Below, piece after piece: positions 24,400-38,244 of a stretch of DNA of 64,000 bases (within the stretch, counting starts at the first letter, position 1; every line of letters starts with the position of its first letter). The translations under genes were made by a program, and so were the position numbers. The stretch is from positions 94,116,001 to 94,180,000 of the forward strand of contig NC_043002.1 of NCBI RefSeq assembly GCF_006345805.1, given 5' to 3'. Source of the DNA: Octopus sinensis (lineage: Eukaryota). The notes beneath the pieces are model-generated. The model searched no databases, was not told the DNA's origin, and saw only the letters and a list, made by a program, of their open reading frames with translations.

Positions 24400-25480
24400 C
24401 GTTTGTGTCACTAGATCAAAGTCCTTCATTGGATCGAACAAGTGGAAATCGGAGGGTGCCAGATGTGGGCTATGTAATGGATGACCAGTCCAATTCCCCA
24501 GTTACCTGATTTGTTGCCAAGATGTATATGCTTGTGCATTGACATGGTGAATGTAGATCATCTTCAAATTATTGTTCGGTCTCTTCCTCTAAACTTTTTG
24601 CGTATCTCAATGTACCACCCACTCTTTACAGTACAGTTACGTTCCAGAAAATCAAGAATTACGTCCTTGATATACCAGTCACTATAACTTTCTGAGTCGA
24701 TCGCAGGTTCTTGATAATTTTAGGCAGTGGAGAAAGAGGATGACGGCATTTCACGAATTAAGACTCCGTTTCAGAATCATAAAAATACATCCTCATTTCA
24801 TCCTTTGTCACCAGTTCGGTTAAACTTAAATTTTTTTTTTTACTTCAAACGCTTCCAGGCAGACTTCCACTCTTCTCTCCTTGGTAATCGGGTACCAGTT
24901 GTCGAGTAACTCACTTTGTACACTATTTCTGATACCCATAGTCTCCATACCATTACCTTTAATGCGTTGTGTGTGATCACAGTCCAGTTGTGCAGCAAGC
25001 TTACAAATTGTGAATTGTCTGTCCGCGCGAGTCATTTCGTCCACTAGTTAGAAATTCATGTTAGTTATCGTAGTGGATGGTCTCCTACAGTGTGGTGTAT
25101 CTTCAAAGCTAATTGTAATATCATGGGGGCATGCACAGTAAAAACACGTCACAGCAATATTTGTTGGTGATTCTTTTCTCCTTTGCAGGTGACAACCTTC
25201 CAACTCATCGGTCTGTTCGGGTAACCATTGCTGATGAGGGCTTTACGAAGTCAGAATACAAATTCTTCCTCAACCTCTTTTAGTCGCCTTTTACAACACG
25301 CAGAGGAAGCGGCAGATATATTTTTTGGCCTGCCGGTCTCCACATAGCACAATATCTCCTTCGAACTTTATCAATCTATCAATAGTGTCATCCCCATAAT
25401 CAACCTGTAGATTTTTGTGGATGTCTGGAAACCTGATATAGCTCCTTTGTCAAGAACTCAATGACGATCCTTTGCTTCTG
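24400..25480 (-). pseudogene. Mariner transposase remnant with internal insertion
   Basis: Minus strand gives HSPHLAPSDFHLF (YSPDLAPSDFHLF motif), DEMTRADRQFTI.KLAAQL (second HTH) and QRIVIEFL..IHKNLQV.YG (first HTH); ~190-bp foreign insert near 25165-25345. Confidence 0.75.
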
Positions 25481-25728
25481 ATCGAAACCCATTGTGTATT
25501 TGTCATGAAGAATATCAGAGGGAAGAGTTATATAGAGGAAGTTACTCTTTCAATATGTGCAGTTTGAACGACGTATGTCAGTTAGTAACAGAAAAAAAAA
25601 CTTATGTCCACTTTTGCATGACTTTCGGCACAATGTTGTGTGTGGGTATGTGTAAACTCCATCCATATATATATATATATATATAATATATATATATATA
25701 ATATATATATGTGTGTGTGTGTGTGTGT

Positions 25729-25763
<35 letters not shown>

Positions 25764-25862
25764 TGTATGTGTGTGTGTATGTGTGGTGTGTTGTGTGTGT
25801 GTGTGTGTGAGTGTGTGTGTGTGTGTGTGTGAGTGTGTGTGTGTGTGTATGTGTGTGTGTGA

Positions 25863-26187
25863 AGGCGCATGGCTCAGTGGTTAGAGCGTCGAGTTTACGA
25901 TCGTGAGTTCGAATCCCGGACCGGGCTGCGTGTTGTGTTCTTGAGCAAGATACTTTATTTCACGTTGCTCCAGTTCACTCAGCTGTAGAAATGAGTTGCG
26001 ACGTCACAGGTGCCAAGTTGTATCTGCTGTTGCCTTTCCCTTGGATAACACTGGTGGCGTTGAGAGGGGAGACCAGTATGCATGGGCGACTGCTAACCTT
26101 CCATAAACAACACTATCCGGACTTGTGTCTGGGAGGGTAACTTTCAAGGTGCAATCCACGGTCAGTCATGACAGAAAGGGGTCTCAA
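25863..26187 (+). mobile_element. tRNA-derived SINE family C (GGCGCATGGCTCAGTGGTTAGAGC head)
   Basis: A box TGGCTCAGTGG, B box GTTCGAATCCC; homologous to 43196-43531. Confidence 0.88.
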
Positions 26188-27499
26188 GTATATATAAAGT
26201 GTGCGTATGTGTGTATGTCTGTGGGTTTGTGGGTGCGTATGTGTACGACAACGTACTACCTCGCCAACTCTTTCAATGAATGAATTTTAAATGAATGTCT
26301 TTTCTTTATCTCTGACAAGACTTTTAATGAGATTGACGAAAACTTAGAATTATTAATTAAAACGACTTAGAGTAAGACATTATGGACAATGTGATCTTGT
26401 TTTGCTCAATTAGGTTTGATCTCGAGGGAACCGTCACAACAGCCATCGCAATAATATCCTCCTAAAAGTATTTAATACTACACGTTGTATATCACTGTAC
26501 TCCTTGTGTAGTAATGATGTTACTATTGAGTTGTCATGTAATTCGATTTTCTCTACTTGGCATTCCATCATTATGTTTGAAATGTGGTAAAATTATCCAA
26601 CGTCCAAAAACAATAAACAAAAGTTGTAGCAGAATAGACACATTACGATGAAAATACTTTTTGTGTTAATTCAAGTAAGATTGGGAAGGATCAGAATAAA
26701 CGGGAAAAATGGGATGGTCACGGATAGAAGCGTCTAATAACAGGGTTTCATGATGAGGATTGATTTGGAGCAAAACTTACAGCTCAATGCCCCTCAGTTC
26801 ACATGATTTCGTTTGCACGGTATAGCGTTTGGTAAAACACATCCTCTCTCTCTGACATAATACAAATAACGTTGTGGCAGATATCAGCCATCCTTCGGTT
26901 ACTTAGGCCATGTTGTGTTCACTGCCCTGATTGGTTGGTTTTGGTGCAGTTTTATTTCGCAGCAGTGTGTAAACCAGCCAATCGCAACCTTCAGTTAAGG
27001 CCACGTGACACTGTTTTTCTTATACATTGTTTGAACCAACTAAACCCTTTAAAATGGCTAGATCGACAGACCATTTCGTCACCATCTCCTTTACGTACGG
27101 TCGCTCTACAACGGTAACAAATGAAGCCAACCAACCGTGTAAACTGAGGGTCATTTGTGTTTATACATGACGGGAGCTAGTTGGAAATTCCACTTTTCTG
27201 AACTGAAAACCACTTAATGGTTCTATTTTCTCTCCGTTGATTAAAACAGGGTCGCTGAAATAACTATTAATAAATATAGAGTACTTCAAATAACCGACCA
27301 TCTTTCTCCACTACTTTTTGGCCTCGATCCTCCCAATCTCACCGACTTTATTATTTTTCTCTTTATTAAAAATTCCTTTTCTAACAAAGAAATCATGAGA
27401 TTTGAAATACATTTTGGCTACATAAACGAAACGTCTTACAAAATTAACCTTTGTTGTTTTCATAAAGCTTTGTTTACTTTTTAGAGCATTTATAGATAT

Positions 27500-27568
27500 A
27501 TTATATATTATATATATATACGTGTGTGTGTGGAATATGAGTATGTATGTATATGTGCATATATGTAT

Positions 27569-27601
<33 letters not shown>

Positions 27602-27608
27602 TATATAT

Positions 27609-27640
<32 letters not shown>

Positions 27641-27803
27641 CATATATTATATATATAATATTTATATATATATGTACATATATATACATATATATATAAA
27701 TATACATATATATATATATATATTATATATAATAGATAAATATACATATAAATATACATATATATATATAAATAAATATATATATATAAATATGCATAAA
27801 TAC

Positions 27804-27836
<33 letters not shown>

Positions 27837-28225
27837 GTATATTATATATATATATATAATATATATCATATATATAAATATACATTACATACATATATTA
27901 TATATATATATATATATAATATATATATATAATATAGAGAGAGAGAGAGAGAGAGAAAGAAAGAGAGAGAGAGAGAAAGAAAGAGAGAGATGTGCATGTG
28001 TCTGTGAGTGCGTGCGTGTTTGTATGTGCATGTATACATACATATATAATATATCAATATCTAAATGTATGAATGCATATATACGTAACTATATGTACAC
28101 ATATACATATATACGCACACACATGCATACATACACATATATATGCATATATACATATACATAGACACACAAATACACACACACGTATACATACACACAC
28201 CACACACACACACACACACCACACA
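27500..28225. repeat. Long compound AT/GA/CA microsatellite block
   Basis: Read directly. Confidence 0.95.
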
Positions 28226-28898
28226 TAGTGCTTTCTGGGTTTTTTTTTCTTTTGATTCCCCCAACCTATCCGTATATCTTCACATTTTTTGAAAAAAAAG
28301 GAGACAAAACAGAAAGATAAAGAACGGAGGGAAAAAACACTTCGAAACGAAAAATAACAAAAACAGAAACAAAAGATTCAGCAAAGAATAAGAAAGCAAG
28401 AGAGTCACTTCAAAAGCGGGGGTGGAGGAAAGCAGTGTGTGGGTGGATGGAAAGAAGCAATAAAAGTATTAATGTCTCCATTACAGATACAAATTGCTGA
28501 CTAAGGGTGGGGGGTCTCCTTTGCGCTGAACCCCATTAGAACAGTTTACATTTCAATAAAGAATAGGCTATTTGTAACATATTTAATCTGATTGACATTG
28601 TTAATGTCAAACACAAACACGCTCCCACCAATCCCTAACAAAAAGTGTAGAGAAATACTTTTGGTTCTATCAATATAGATTTTTTTTTAATGTGATACAC
28701 AAGACTTCTTTATGTTATCAAATATCTAAACCTTTTGATGAAAATTCATGTAAGTATGGAAGTTTGTGCATACTGAAAGACATTACATATAGGCATATAT
28801 TCACATATACGCGCACACATACAATGCATACACATATATATAGACATACACACATATATTATATATATATATATATATATAATATATATATATATATA

Positions 28899-28931
<33 letters not shown>

Positions 28932-28984
28932 GGGGAAGAGAGAGAGGAGAGAAGAGAGAGATCGCTAGCCACTACACATTATTT

Positions 28985-29145
28985 ATTTTCTCTCTTTATT
29001 TTCTCTCCTTGTTTCTTTCTTTGTTCCTTCTGTGGAAGAGCGTAGGCTCGAAACGTTAAATACTTTTTTCTCTTCCCGAGCGTTATAATAATACTTCTGT
29101 TTGTTGTCTACACCACCTGTCTTCGTCTTTTGTTTTTTTTTTTGT
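28985..29145 (+). mobile_element. Penelope-derived short repeat (second copy)
   Basis: CTGTGGAAGAGCGTAGGCTCGAAACGTT and flanks homologous to 13545-13685. Confidence 0.5.
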
Positions 29146-29464
29146 GAATTCTCCGTATATATATATTTATATATATACACATATATAAAAACATGCACAC
29201 GTGCATATATACATGCATACATAAATACTCTCCCTCTTTCTACACACACATGTAATGTGTAGAGAACACAAAGTAAGCGCAATATTGATAACATAGACTA
29301 CATAGAGACAAAAAGAAGATAATACATAAATACATACATATGTACATACGTACATGCATATATATATATATGTGTATACACACACACACATATACATATA
29401 CATGTACGTATTCAAACATATATACGCAAGCGTTTATATATAATTGCATATAATTATATAATTT

Positions 29465-29509
29465 AAAATTATCAGCAGAAAGGCCGTCCTCAGGGCGGTT
29501 TTCTGCTAG
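29465..29509 (+). mobile_element. Helitron-type 3' terminus
   Basis: GC-rich hairpin CCGTCC-TCA-GGGCGG followed 7 nt later by CTAG and a T target base; no 5' end recognised. Confidence 0.5.
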
Positions 29510-30159
29510 TCACTTGATAATATTTTCACACTTGATTCCCAATTCTTATGATTTTTATGATATTTTAGGTCTAATTATTTCTTTGCATAATAGTACTCAC
29601 TTCCTTAGTAAATATTGCTTTCATTATTTTATAACAGTCATAATCTCTGTTTTTCAAACAAGCATCAAGGTGGTCCAACTACCATTAGCAGCGATCACAT
29701 AGAGATATTTTAATACCTATAGCGTATCAAATAACCATAACAACAAATTCACTTGATAATTCTTAGATAATGACGGAAAGGAAATAAGTCACATGGGTTC
29801 GAAGCTTCAGTAAGTTTTAATAAGTTGTCCAATATAATATGTAATTATTGCTGGAGTGTGTGTTTATATTACAGAGACAGTGTGTGTGTTTATATCAGAG
29901 AGACAGTGTGTGTTTGTGTTTGTGTGTGTGTGTGTGTGCGTGAGAGAGAGAGAGAGAGAGGGGGGGAAGAACATTGTAAACAATGAATGAAATAAACGTG
30001 AAATGGAAAAATCGTATAATTAAAAGCTCGTTAAAAACCATCTTGTACCGAATATTTAGATTTGTGAACTTGAAATATTCAATAATAAAAAGGAGTTCAG
30101 AAAGTAAATTTTCCTGAAAACTTCAATTTATAAAAAACGTAACTTGCTTAATAAATATT

Positions 30160-30390
30160 TCAGATCTTTACATTTTGACCGACAGATTTAAAAAATAATT
30201 TTTTGTAACTAAACACTTTCAAACTTCGTAAACTGGTAGAATGTGTCACATAAGACATCTTTTACTCTAGGCGTTGTTGAAAAAATTTTGTATTTTGGAA
30301 GAGATTTCTTGTTAAAGTTGTATTTCGGTAATTTCAACGAATCAATGACGTGTATTCAACTGAATAAAATGATTGCTGTTGTTTGTCAAC
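30160..30390 (+). mobile_element. Diverged relative of the TTAGGG MITE (left half only)
   Basis: Shares GATCTTT..., AAACTTCGTA.ACTGGTAGAATGTG and ATTTCAAC.AATCA.TGACGT blocks; lacks the telomeric half. Confidence 0.6.
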
Positions 30391-31409
30391 AACAACTTCC
30401 GGCGGTGTATATTTCGTTTATTATTGTTATTCCGCCGGACAAAATACCGCTAAGCGTTTCGCCCGACGTGCTAACGATTCTGCCAGCTCGCCGCCTAAGT
30501 AGTTGTAATAACGACAACAGTCACTGGTATATAATCAAGATCTGAAAGTAAGAAAGTAGATTATTCTGCTTTTATGTTCCTATGGGATTTGAGTCCAATG
30601 CGGTCGGATTGACAAACTTGGTCGTTCGCTACGAACTATATAAATAAGTTCACAAAACAAAGTTTCATAGGGTTCCCGAATGCACGTATATGCACACATA
30701 CGCATTCACTTATACATGCATTTACACGCACATACGTACACACGCTCATACGGAAATACCCACATATGCACGCGTGTACAGTCAGACAACCGGAGACATA
30801 TATAAAAATACATGTATATAAATGGGACTGTGTGTATATGCGCCACCCACCCATTATACACATATGGACACCCTGTCTCTGTATGGCTTTAGCGCGCGTA
30901 TGTAGCAAACATATGATTCTCGGTGTTGCGCACGAATCTTCTAAAGCAGATAAACAAATTCAAAGGATGCCCTTGATCCAGTGTTAGAACGTCTGTCATG
31001 TTTAGAAAAAATGTGGATGTCTCGAGCACCACGGGCGGCCATCGACATTTCCTATCCAAAAGATTTTTTTAAAACAAATATTTACACGCTATTATTTGTA
31101 GCTTTATCTACTTCGAGTCACAAAAAAGAAAAATGAATTATTTTCACGTTTCTCGAAGTTTCAAATTGATATGATGTTAACAATATTCATACACACACAC
31201 ACACACATAATGTTGAAGTGAATCTAACGGTTTCTGTGTGTTTCTTAAATGACTTATAAACACCTACCACGCTGCAATTGTTTTCGCTCAAGCACACGAT
31301 CTCAGATCATGTCACTTGCTATGCAAGTTCATCTCCGTATATATATATAATTGTAGATGTATTCATATATATAATTGTCTTTTCTTTTGAACTAAAGTAT
31401 GATACACAA

Positions 31410-31676
31410 CCTACATGCTTAACCCGATGGTTCATACCAATCCAGGGGAATAAGTCCTTTTTTTCTTGAGTAATCCGATACTTTCAGTTGAATCGCCAAA
31501 TGCATGTTCCAGCAGCATAGCAAAGAAGATTGCAAAGAGTGTTTGGAGCGAGAACACAGCCTTGGTACACACCGTTGCGGATGTTGAAGGGTCGAGTGGA
31601 ACTACAATTGAACTGTATTGTCCCATTCCTGTTGTGGAAAGACTCAATCACGCTCTGCAAATTTTGGTGGGCGACC

Positions 31677-31680
<4 letters not shown>
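31410..31680 (-). pseudogene. RTE-clade reverse transcriptase fragment
   Basis: LQTLFAIFFAMLLEHAFGDSTESI matches the RTE LAPTLFxIFFxMLLxHAFxxSTEGI region. Confidence 0.7.
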
Positions 31681-31718
<38 letters not shown>

Positions 31719-31988
31719 TCTTACACACACACACACATGCTCACGAATAATCGAAAAACTACTCTATTACATCTCTCGCACGTAACACATATACGCACAC
31801 TTACAATTTCAATATGCCCGATAGACAATTCTACGTCCACTCTCATACACAGACGTACATGTAGCAGACATACATAAACACAAACGCGGGTCGTCAACAC
31901 ATGCATTCATGAACACATAATACACGCAGAACCAGTGCAGACGCCTTATATGTATGTATATAAAATGTTTGTGTAAGTGCGTGTGTAC

Positions 31989-32019
<31 letters not shown>

Positions 32020-32229
32020 TGTATGTATGTATGTATGTATGTATGTATGTATGTATGTGCGCACGCGTGTATGTATAACGTATATATATATATATATATG
32101 TATATATATAATATATATATATATATACATACATATACATTATATTCAAAGGAATATGTGTGGGAATATGCCTAGTAATGCTATTTCATGTATGTTATAC
32201 GTGTAGCTCCTGCAGTTTAGCTTGTATTT

Positions 32230-33600
32230 GCTTATTTTTAATAATTTCTCTCGTCATTGTGTCGCATACCACCGATGCGGTGGATGGGGTTAAGATCTCG
32301 GTCAAGTCGGTGGGCTTGCTACTCGGCATCTGGAGGGAAAGGTGTTTGGAAGAAGCTAACGTAGTAGGATGACGGACCGACGGACCAGTAAAACTATTTG
32401 AGGTCTGTGTTGGTAAACTAAAGTAAAACTATTTGAGGTCTTCGCGTGAGTCGGCTGACGAGTCTTGCTTAGAAATTGGCTGAGTGGAAACTGTCCTTGA
32501 AAAGTCGGAGGTGGCAAATGTCTACATCACGCCCGCTGTTGTTTAACGTCGGACTGTTCCAATTACCATCTTACTAGAATGGAATAACTGCCATTCAACT
32601 TCTTATAGAAGGAACACAATCCACCGGTCTGATGACCCATCTCCTGCTAATGCTCTGTGCGTGGTGGGTTAGTCATGCCTTAGCTGTTGATACACTGAGA
32701 TTGTGGCATCTCCAGAGATTCCTTGACGATGAACGGGTATGTCAACCGTTTGTAATGTACGTCTTTCCGCTTCTCGTCTCCTTGTGAAGTAAAGATAGCT
32801 TGTCCCTGGGTGAAGTAAAGACAGATTAGTCGCCTGTCATCTGCAACGTCGTCAAGTGCTCATGGCGCTCTACCAGTTAGGATGAAATCAGTAGATGTTT
32901 CTCTCTAACAATTTATAGAAACAGGTGGCGGGTAAGAGTGATGACCTACGTGGAGAAGCTCTGGGTGTCGAGGAAAACAAACCGGTTAAATTGTTTCGGA
33001 AGGGTTTCGGATAGGGCACTACTACGGATAACTTCCATAAGTCGTTGGCTTTACAATGGTTTCAAGAAAAACTCCACCGTCAGACAGGCTCGTCTGTGAA
33101 GCATACTTAGTGACGGAACCGTTCTGAACGCACTCATTGAGTATCTGGGAATTGCTGATATATGAAGTTATGTCGATCAACTGCTGTCACTTACAGGATA
33201 GGTCTATTAACCAGTTCTATTGTAATGCTTGAACCACCACTACCCTTCATTTAAGCCGGTTGGCAAGGCAGTTTTCCTCTGTCTATTGACCAAATCGAAA
33301 AGGTTGTGTAGTGGACGAGGTTGAAAGATCTGAGGACAGAGACTTTCCTCTTTGACAGAGCTCTCACCGTCTCTTTCAAATTACACCTGAGTGTGGAGCT
33401 GGAGACGCTGTCATTCAATGAATTTATAGAAAGGTACACGAGATAAGATGTACGTGAGCATTCTTACAAAAGCCTGAGTTCTAAGTTTGAGAACGGTAGT
33501 TTAAGAGGGTACATGCCGTTGCTGTTCAGAGTGAGCTCGGATATTTGAGGGCCTTCGTTTGGCAGTAGATGGAGGTCCTTCTGTATCAGAAATACAACAT
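32230..33600 (-). mobile_element. Unassigned decayed retroelement, possibly Penelope-like
   Basis: Non-repetitive block of higher GC; weak minus-strand echoes of GIY-YIG (ET..R..HEH, IVKESLE); heavily disrupted. Confidence 0.3.
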
Positions 33601-33635
33601 CATCACCATTGATTATTTACATATCATTTATACTT

Positions 33636-34148
<513 letters not shown>

Positions 34149-34385
34149 TATTTCATGTGTTTATCTCATTCGATTCGTAGTAAATTCGGGCATTTTATAC
34201 GTCATTGTGAGTGTCCCTATTACTTAAGTAAAAAGAAATTATTGTTGTTGTTGTTGTTCTTCTTGTTCTTGTTCTTGTTCTTGTTCTTGTTCTTGTTCTT
34301 GTTGTTGTTGTTGTTGTTGTGGTTGTTGTTGTTGTTATTCTTCTTCTTCTTCTTCTTCTTCTTCTTCTTCTTCTTCTTCTTCTTC

Positions 34386-34420
<35 letters not shown>

Positions 34421-34421
<1 letters not shown>

Positions 34422-34695
34422 CATTCAGTAGTTTTATTTTTATAGCGTGCTTTCACTTCACTACCGAGCGCAGCTCTGTGTGCCTTGGGTATGTGCTGTG
34501 ATTTGTTGTGATGCTCTGATAGTTACTGTATGTAAAGAGTTCTGCGTAGGATGTGTGCAGTGCCTAGTAGTAATTTTCTGTATGTTATATGTGTTTGTAA
34601 GTCCTGGTGTTTTGTTATGTATTTGTCTGAATATTTTTTTATCATACTTAATGCACTACTATGATAGGAATTGTTTCTGTTTTTAGATTCCACAT
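34421..34695 (-). mobile_element. R4/Dong-like 3' fragment A1 in a (TTA)n tract
   Basis: QKITTRHCTHPTQN / KLLLGTAHILRR region plus 3' UTR; (TTA)n on both sides; near-identical to 35211-35478. Confidence 0.8.
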
Positions 34696-34713
34696 ATATT
34701 ATTATTATTATTA

Positions 34714-34766
<53 letters not shown>

Positions 34767-34767
<1 letters not shown>

Positions 34768-35140
34768 GGCGGCGAGCTGGCAGAAACGTTAGCATGCCGG
34801 GCGAAATGCGTAGCCGTATTTCGTCTGCCGTTACGTTTTGAGTTCAAATTCTGCCGAGGTCGACTTTGCCTTTCTTCCTTTCGGGGTCGATAAATTAAGA
34901 ACCAGTTACGCACTGGGGTCGATATAATCGACTTAATCAGTTTGTCTGTCCTTGTTTGTCCTCTCTGTGTTTAGCCCCTTGTGGGTAGTAAAAAAATAGG
35001 TATTTCGTCTGCTGCTACGCCCTGAGTTCAAATTCCGCTTTTCACCCTTTCAGGGTCGATTAAATAAGTACCAATGAAAAACTGGGGTAGCTCTAATCGA
35101 CTAGTCACCTCCCCCAAAATGGCTGCTCTTGTGGCAAAAT
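34767..35140 (+). mobile_element. SINE family A within a TTA tract
   Basis: Consensus match. Confidence 0.85.
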
Positions 35141-35147
35141 TTGAAAC

Positions 35148-35210
<63 letters not shown>

Positions 35211-35211
<1 letters not shown>

Positions 35212-35765
35212 CATTCAGTAGTTTTATTTTTATAGCGTGCTTTCACTTCACTACCGAGCGCAGCTCTGTGTGCCTTGGGTATGTGCTGTGATTTGTTGTG
35301 ATGCTCTGATGGTTATTGTATGGAAAGGGTTCTGCGTAGGATGTGTGCAGTGCCTAGTAGTGCAATTTTCTGTATGTTATATGTGTTTGTAAGTCCTGGT
35401 GTTTTTGTTATGTATTTGTCTGAATATTTTTTATCATGCTAATGCACCTACTATGATAGGAATTGTTTCTGTTTTCAGATTCCACATTCTAGTTACCTCT
35501 ATTTCCAGGTCTTTGTATTTTGAGAGTTTCTCCATTTCTTTTAGAGACACGTTGTCATCTGCCGGTATTGATACATCAATTAGAAAGCATTTTTTCTCTT
35601 CATGATCTCTGACAACTATATCTGGTCTGTTGGCCTTAATTTCTCTATCTGTGTGTATCGGCATATCCCAGAGTATGGTTGCTTTCTCGTTTTCTGTGAC
35701 CTTTTCTGGTTGCTTTCTCGTTTCTGTGACCTTTTCTGGTGTGTGCCTATACCATCTTTTTTCTG

Positions 35766-35767
<2 letters not shown>
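35211..35767 (-). mobile_element. R4/Dong-like 3' fragment A2 in a (TTA)n tract
   Basis: TDREIKANRPDIVV..CFLIDVSIPADDNVSLKEMEKLSKYKDLEIEVTRMWNLKTETIPIIVGAL is an RLE domain (PD..D..K); (TTA)n on both sides. Confidence 0.88.
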
Positions 35768-35818
<51 letters not shown>

Positions 35819-35820
35819 GA

Positions 35821-36335
35821 GTGAGAGAGCAGTGCATGCCATTAAGATGATACAAGGGTACAAAAAGACGAAGCTCAATATACCCATCATGACTACCCGT
35901 CTGATAAGGGTACACTAGGCATATTCATCACAACCATATGTACACGAAATGGTGATCTCATATCATGATAAACAACGCATGACCTTGCAGGTGGGGGTCC
36001 AGTTAGAATTTTTTTTCAGGTCGAATAGCCCATCCCTTTCAAAAGGTCCTTGAATAATGGTTGTTTAAGGATGTTGAGTGAAACACCCATGTTTTCAGAG
36101 GTGATTGATTCAAACCACAAAGAATTCCTCTCAACACATGGCTATGATGCTACCCCACTACTGCTTGTGATTAGAGATGCACATATCATCAGCCACCAAT
36201 GGACATGCTCAACTGGTTAAGGTCAAGGAACTGACAAGCAAATCTGTGGTATTGAGCAGAATATTTGCTGTAGCCCATCTTTTATACCAAGACAAAACAT
36301 GTACATGATAACACTTCCATTCAGTTACGATCAGA
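35821..36335 (-). mobile_element. ~550-600-bp non-coding TAA-flanked repeat family E
   Basis: Reverse complement of 42626-43180; 3' end CTCTCTCACTC joins directly to (AAT)n. Confidence 0.8.
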
Positions 36336-36452
36336 AGCCATATTCTTCTTCTTCTTCTTCTTCTTCTTCTTCTTCTCCTCCTCCTCCTCCTCCTCCTCTC
36401 CTCCTCCTCCTCCTCTCCTCCTCCTCCTCCTCTCCTCCTCCTCCTCCTTCTT

Positions 36453-36483
<31 letters not shown>

Positions 36484-36570
36484 TTATTATTATTATTATT
36501 AAGGCGATGAGCTGGCAGAATCGTTAGAACGCCGGCCAAAATGATGATGATAATGATGATGATGATGATG

Positions 36571-36621
<51 letters not shown>

Positions 36622-38244
36622 TTCTAAGACTTTTATATATATGTTCAATTTATTTCTGTAACGCTTCAATTATTTGTCTCAGGCATCTAGCGTTAGATTA
36701 TGAGATTTGACAGCAATATACGACATGTAGTTTGAAAGTGATGACCAAAGCAACCTTAATTCAGACTCAGTATTGAAATTATGATATTAAAAAGTCTTGT
36801 AACAAGAATAATTATTCTCTTTCAAAAGTCAATGTATCAGGGAACTGTTCAATATATTTTTGAAATTTACAGAATATATAAACACAGTTTCGACTAGAAT
36901 TTCTATTGATTCTTATGTTTAAATTTTATGTTAATATTAAAAAAAAAGTCATAACATCAAAATAAAAAGAAAATAGTACCGCGAAAAATTACAAAATCTT
37001 TTTTTTACTTTAACAATCCATTTCCTAGCTTTTGAAGTAAGATTTCATTCTAAAATTGAAAAGAATCTTTGTGCTTACAGGAAAGGATTTCTACTAGAAT
37101 TTAGCAATTAAACACGCTCTACCTGTTTTACAAGTTTTCTGTTTTCTATGTTTTAACAGGAATATTGTTAGAAACAGCAAGAAGTTACATTAAAATGATT
37201 CAAGTTATTAACTAATATTGCGGATGAAATTCAATCATTGTTATATCCGGTTCCGGTCGTTTAGCAAAAGGAAGTTGTTGATGAGAGAATGATAAGGAAA
37301 AATATTCACTGGAGCGTGATAGAAAATTGTCTATCACCAAGAGGAAATAGACTCTGAATTTATCTCTCAGGTAATTTAAGAGTTGTGTGAACTTCTGTTG
37401 TGCGTATTTTGTAATTGTTCATATGAACACGGCAAACTGCATTCAGTTATTTTTTTTTTCCGTCTACAACAGTAGGTTTCATTGTTAACGCTCGTCTGAT
37501 TTATCAGAATAATTGTCTGCTTTCCTATCATCATCATCATCATCATTCATCGTCATCGTCATCGTCATCGTCGTCGGCATCCTCCTCTCTCTTCTCTTCC
37601 TCCTCCTCCCTCTCCCCTCATCATTCACCTCCTCCCTTTCCCCTCATCATCCACCTCCTCCTCCTTCTCTTCTCCTTCTCCTTCCCCTTCTCTTCATTGT
37701 TATTGTTATCGATTTGTATGTTTTTTTTATGGTTATGGCTCGGACATAATAGACTGGAATTTATATTCTTTTGAATTCATTGAATATTTTGGTCTGGTTG
37801 CGTTTACATGAGATATGATAGTTTCGACATGTTTCCCATCGTTTTCTGATACCTCGAGTACGTTTCAATCGATTTGATCTCCAGGCACTCTTCAGCAGCA
37901 CTTCCGTTCCCATAGCAAGAACAGCAAACATCATATTGTTTCTCTGATATGAAGTTAGGTTACCCTGGGGTCAGTTAAAGTCTGTAGAATTTGCTTATTC
38001 GGTCCATTTGGTTTCAGATCTTTGTCGCTCGTTTGTTGTATCCCTTATCCAATTTTAACTATGTAATACATTTTAAAAGACGGCAAGCATCGATTATGAT
38101 TGATATATTGTGATTGGTACGGTGTAATAAATATATAAATATTGACAAAATGAATGCTTCATATATATTCACATTATTTATATTTGACAGATATTTGTCT
38201 TCATCTTGTTTGTTGTTAACACAACGTTTCGGCTGATACACCCT

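Noticed and set aside
25151-25168. 18-bp match ACAGCAATATTTGTTGGT to ~45913-45930
   Set aside because: Short and AT-rich, in unrelated contexts (mariner remnant versus minisatellite); treated as chance.
25188-25240. Minimal HDV-like ribozyme (GGTGAC/GTAACC P1, CTCA/TGAG P2, CTGA J4/2)
   Set aside because: P1 has a mismatch, P2 is only 4 bp, the P1.1 G and P4 are absent, and L3 is non-consensus. A family consensus would be needed to revisit it.
25863-25930. tRNA gene
   Set aside because: A and B boxes continue into a SINE body repeated at 43196-43531; the cloverleaf is incomplete.
27311-29449. Many YI/CV/TH-repeat ORFs
   Set aside because: Translations of AT, GT and CA microsatellites; the same applies to similar ORFs at 13.4, 16.7-18.4, 31.9, 34.2, 36.3, 40.4-41.2, 51.7 and 52.2-53.0 kb.
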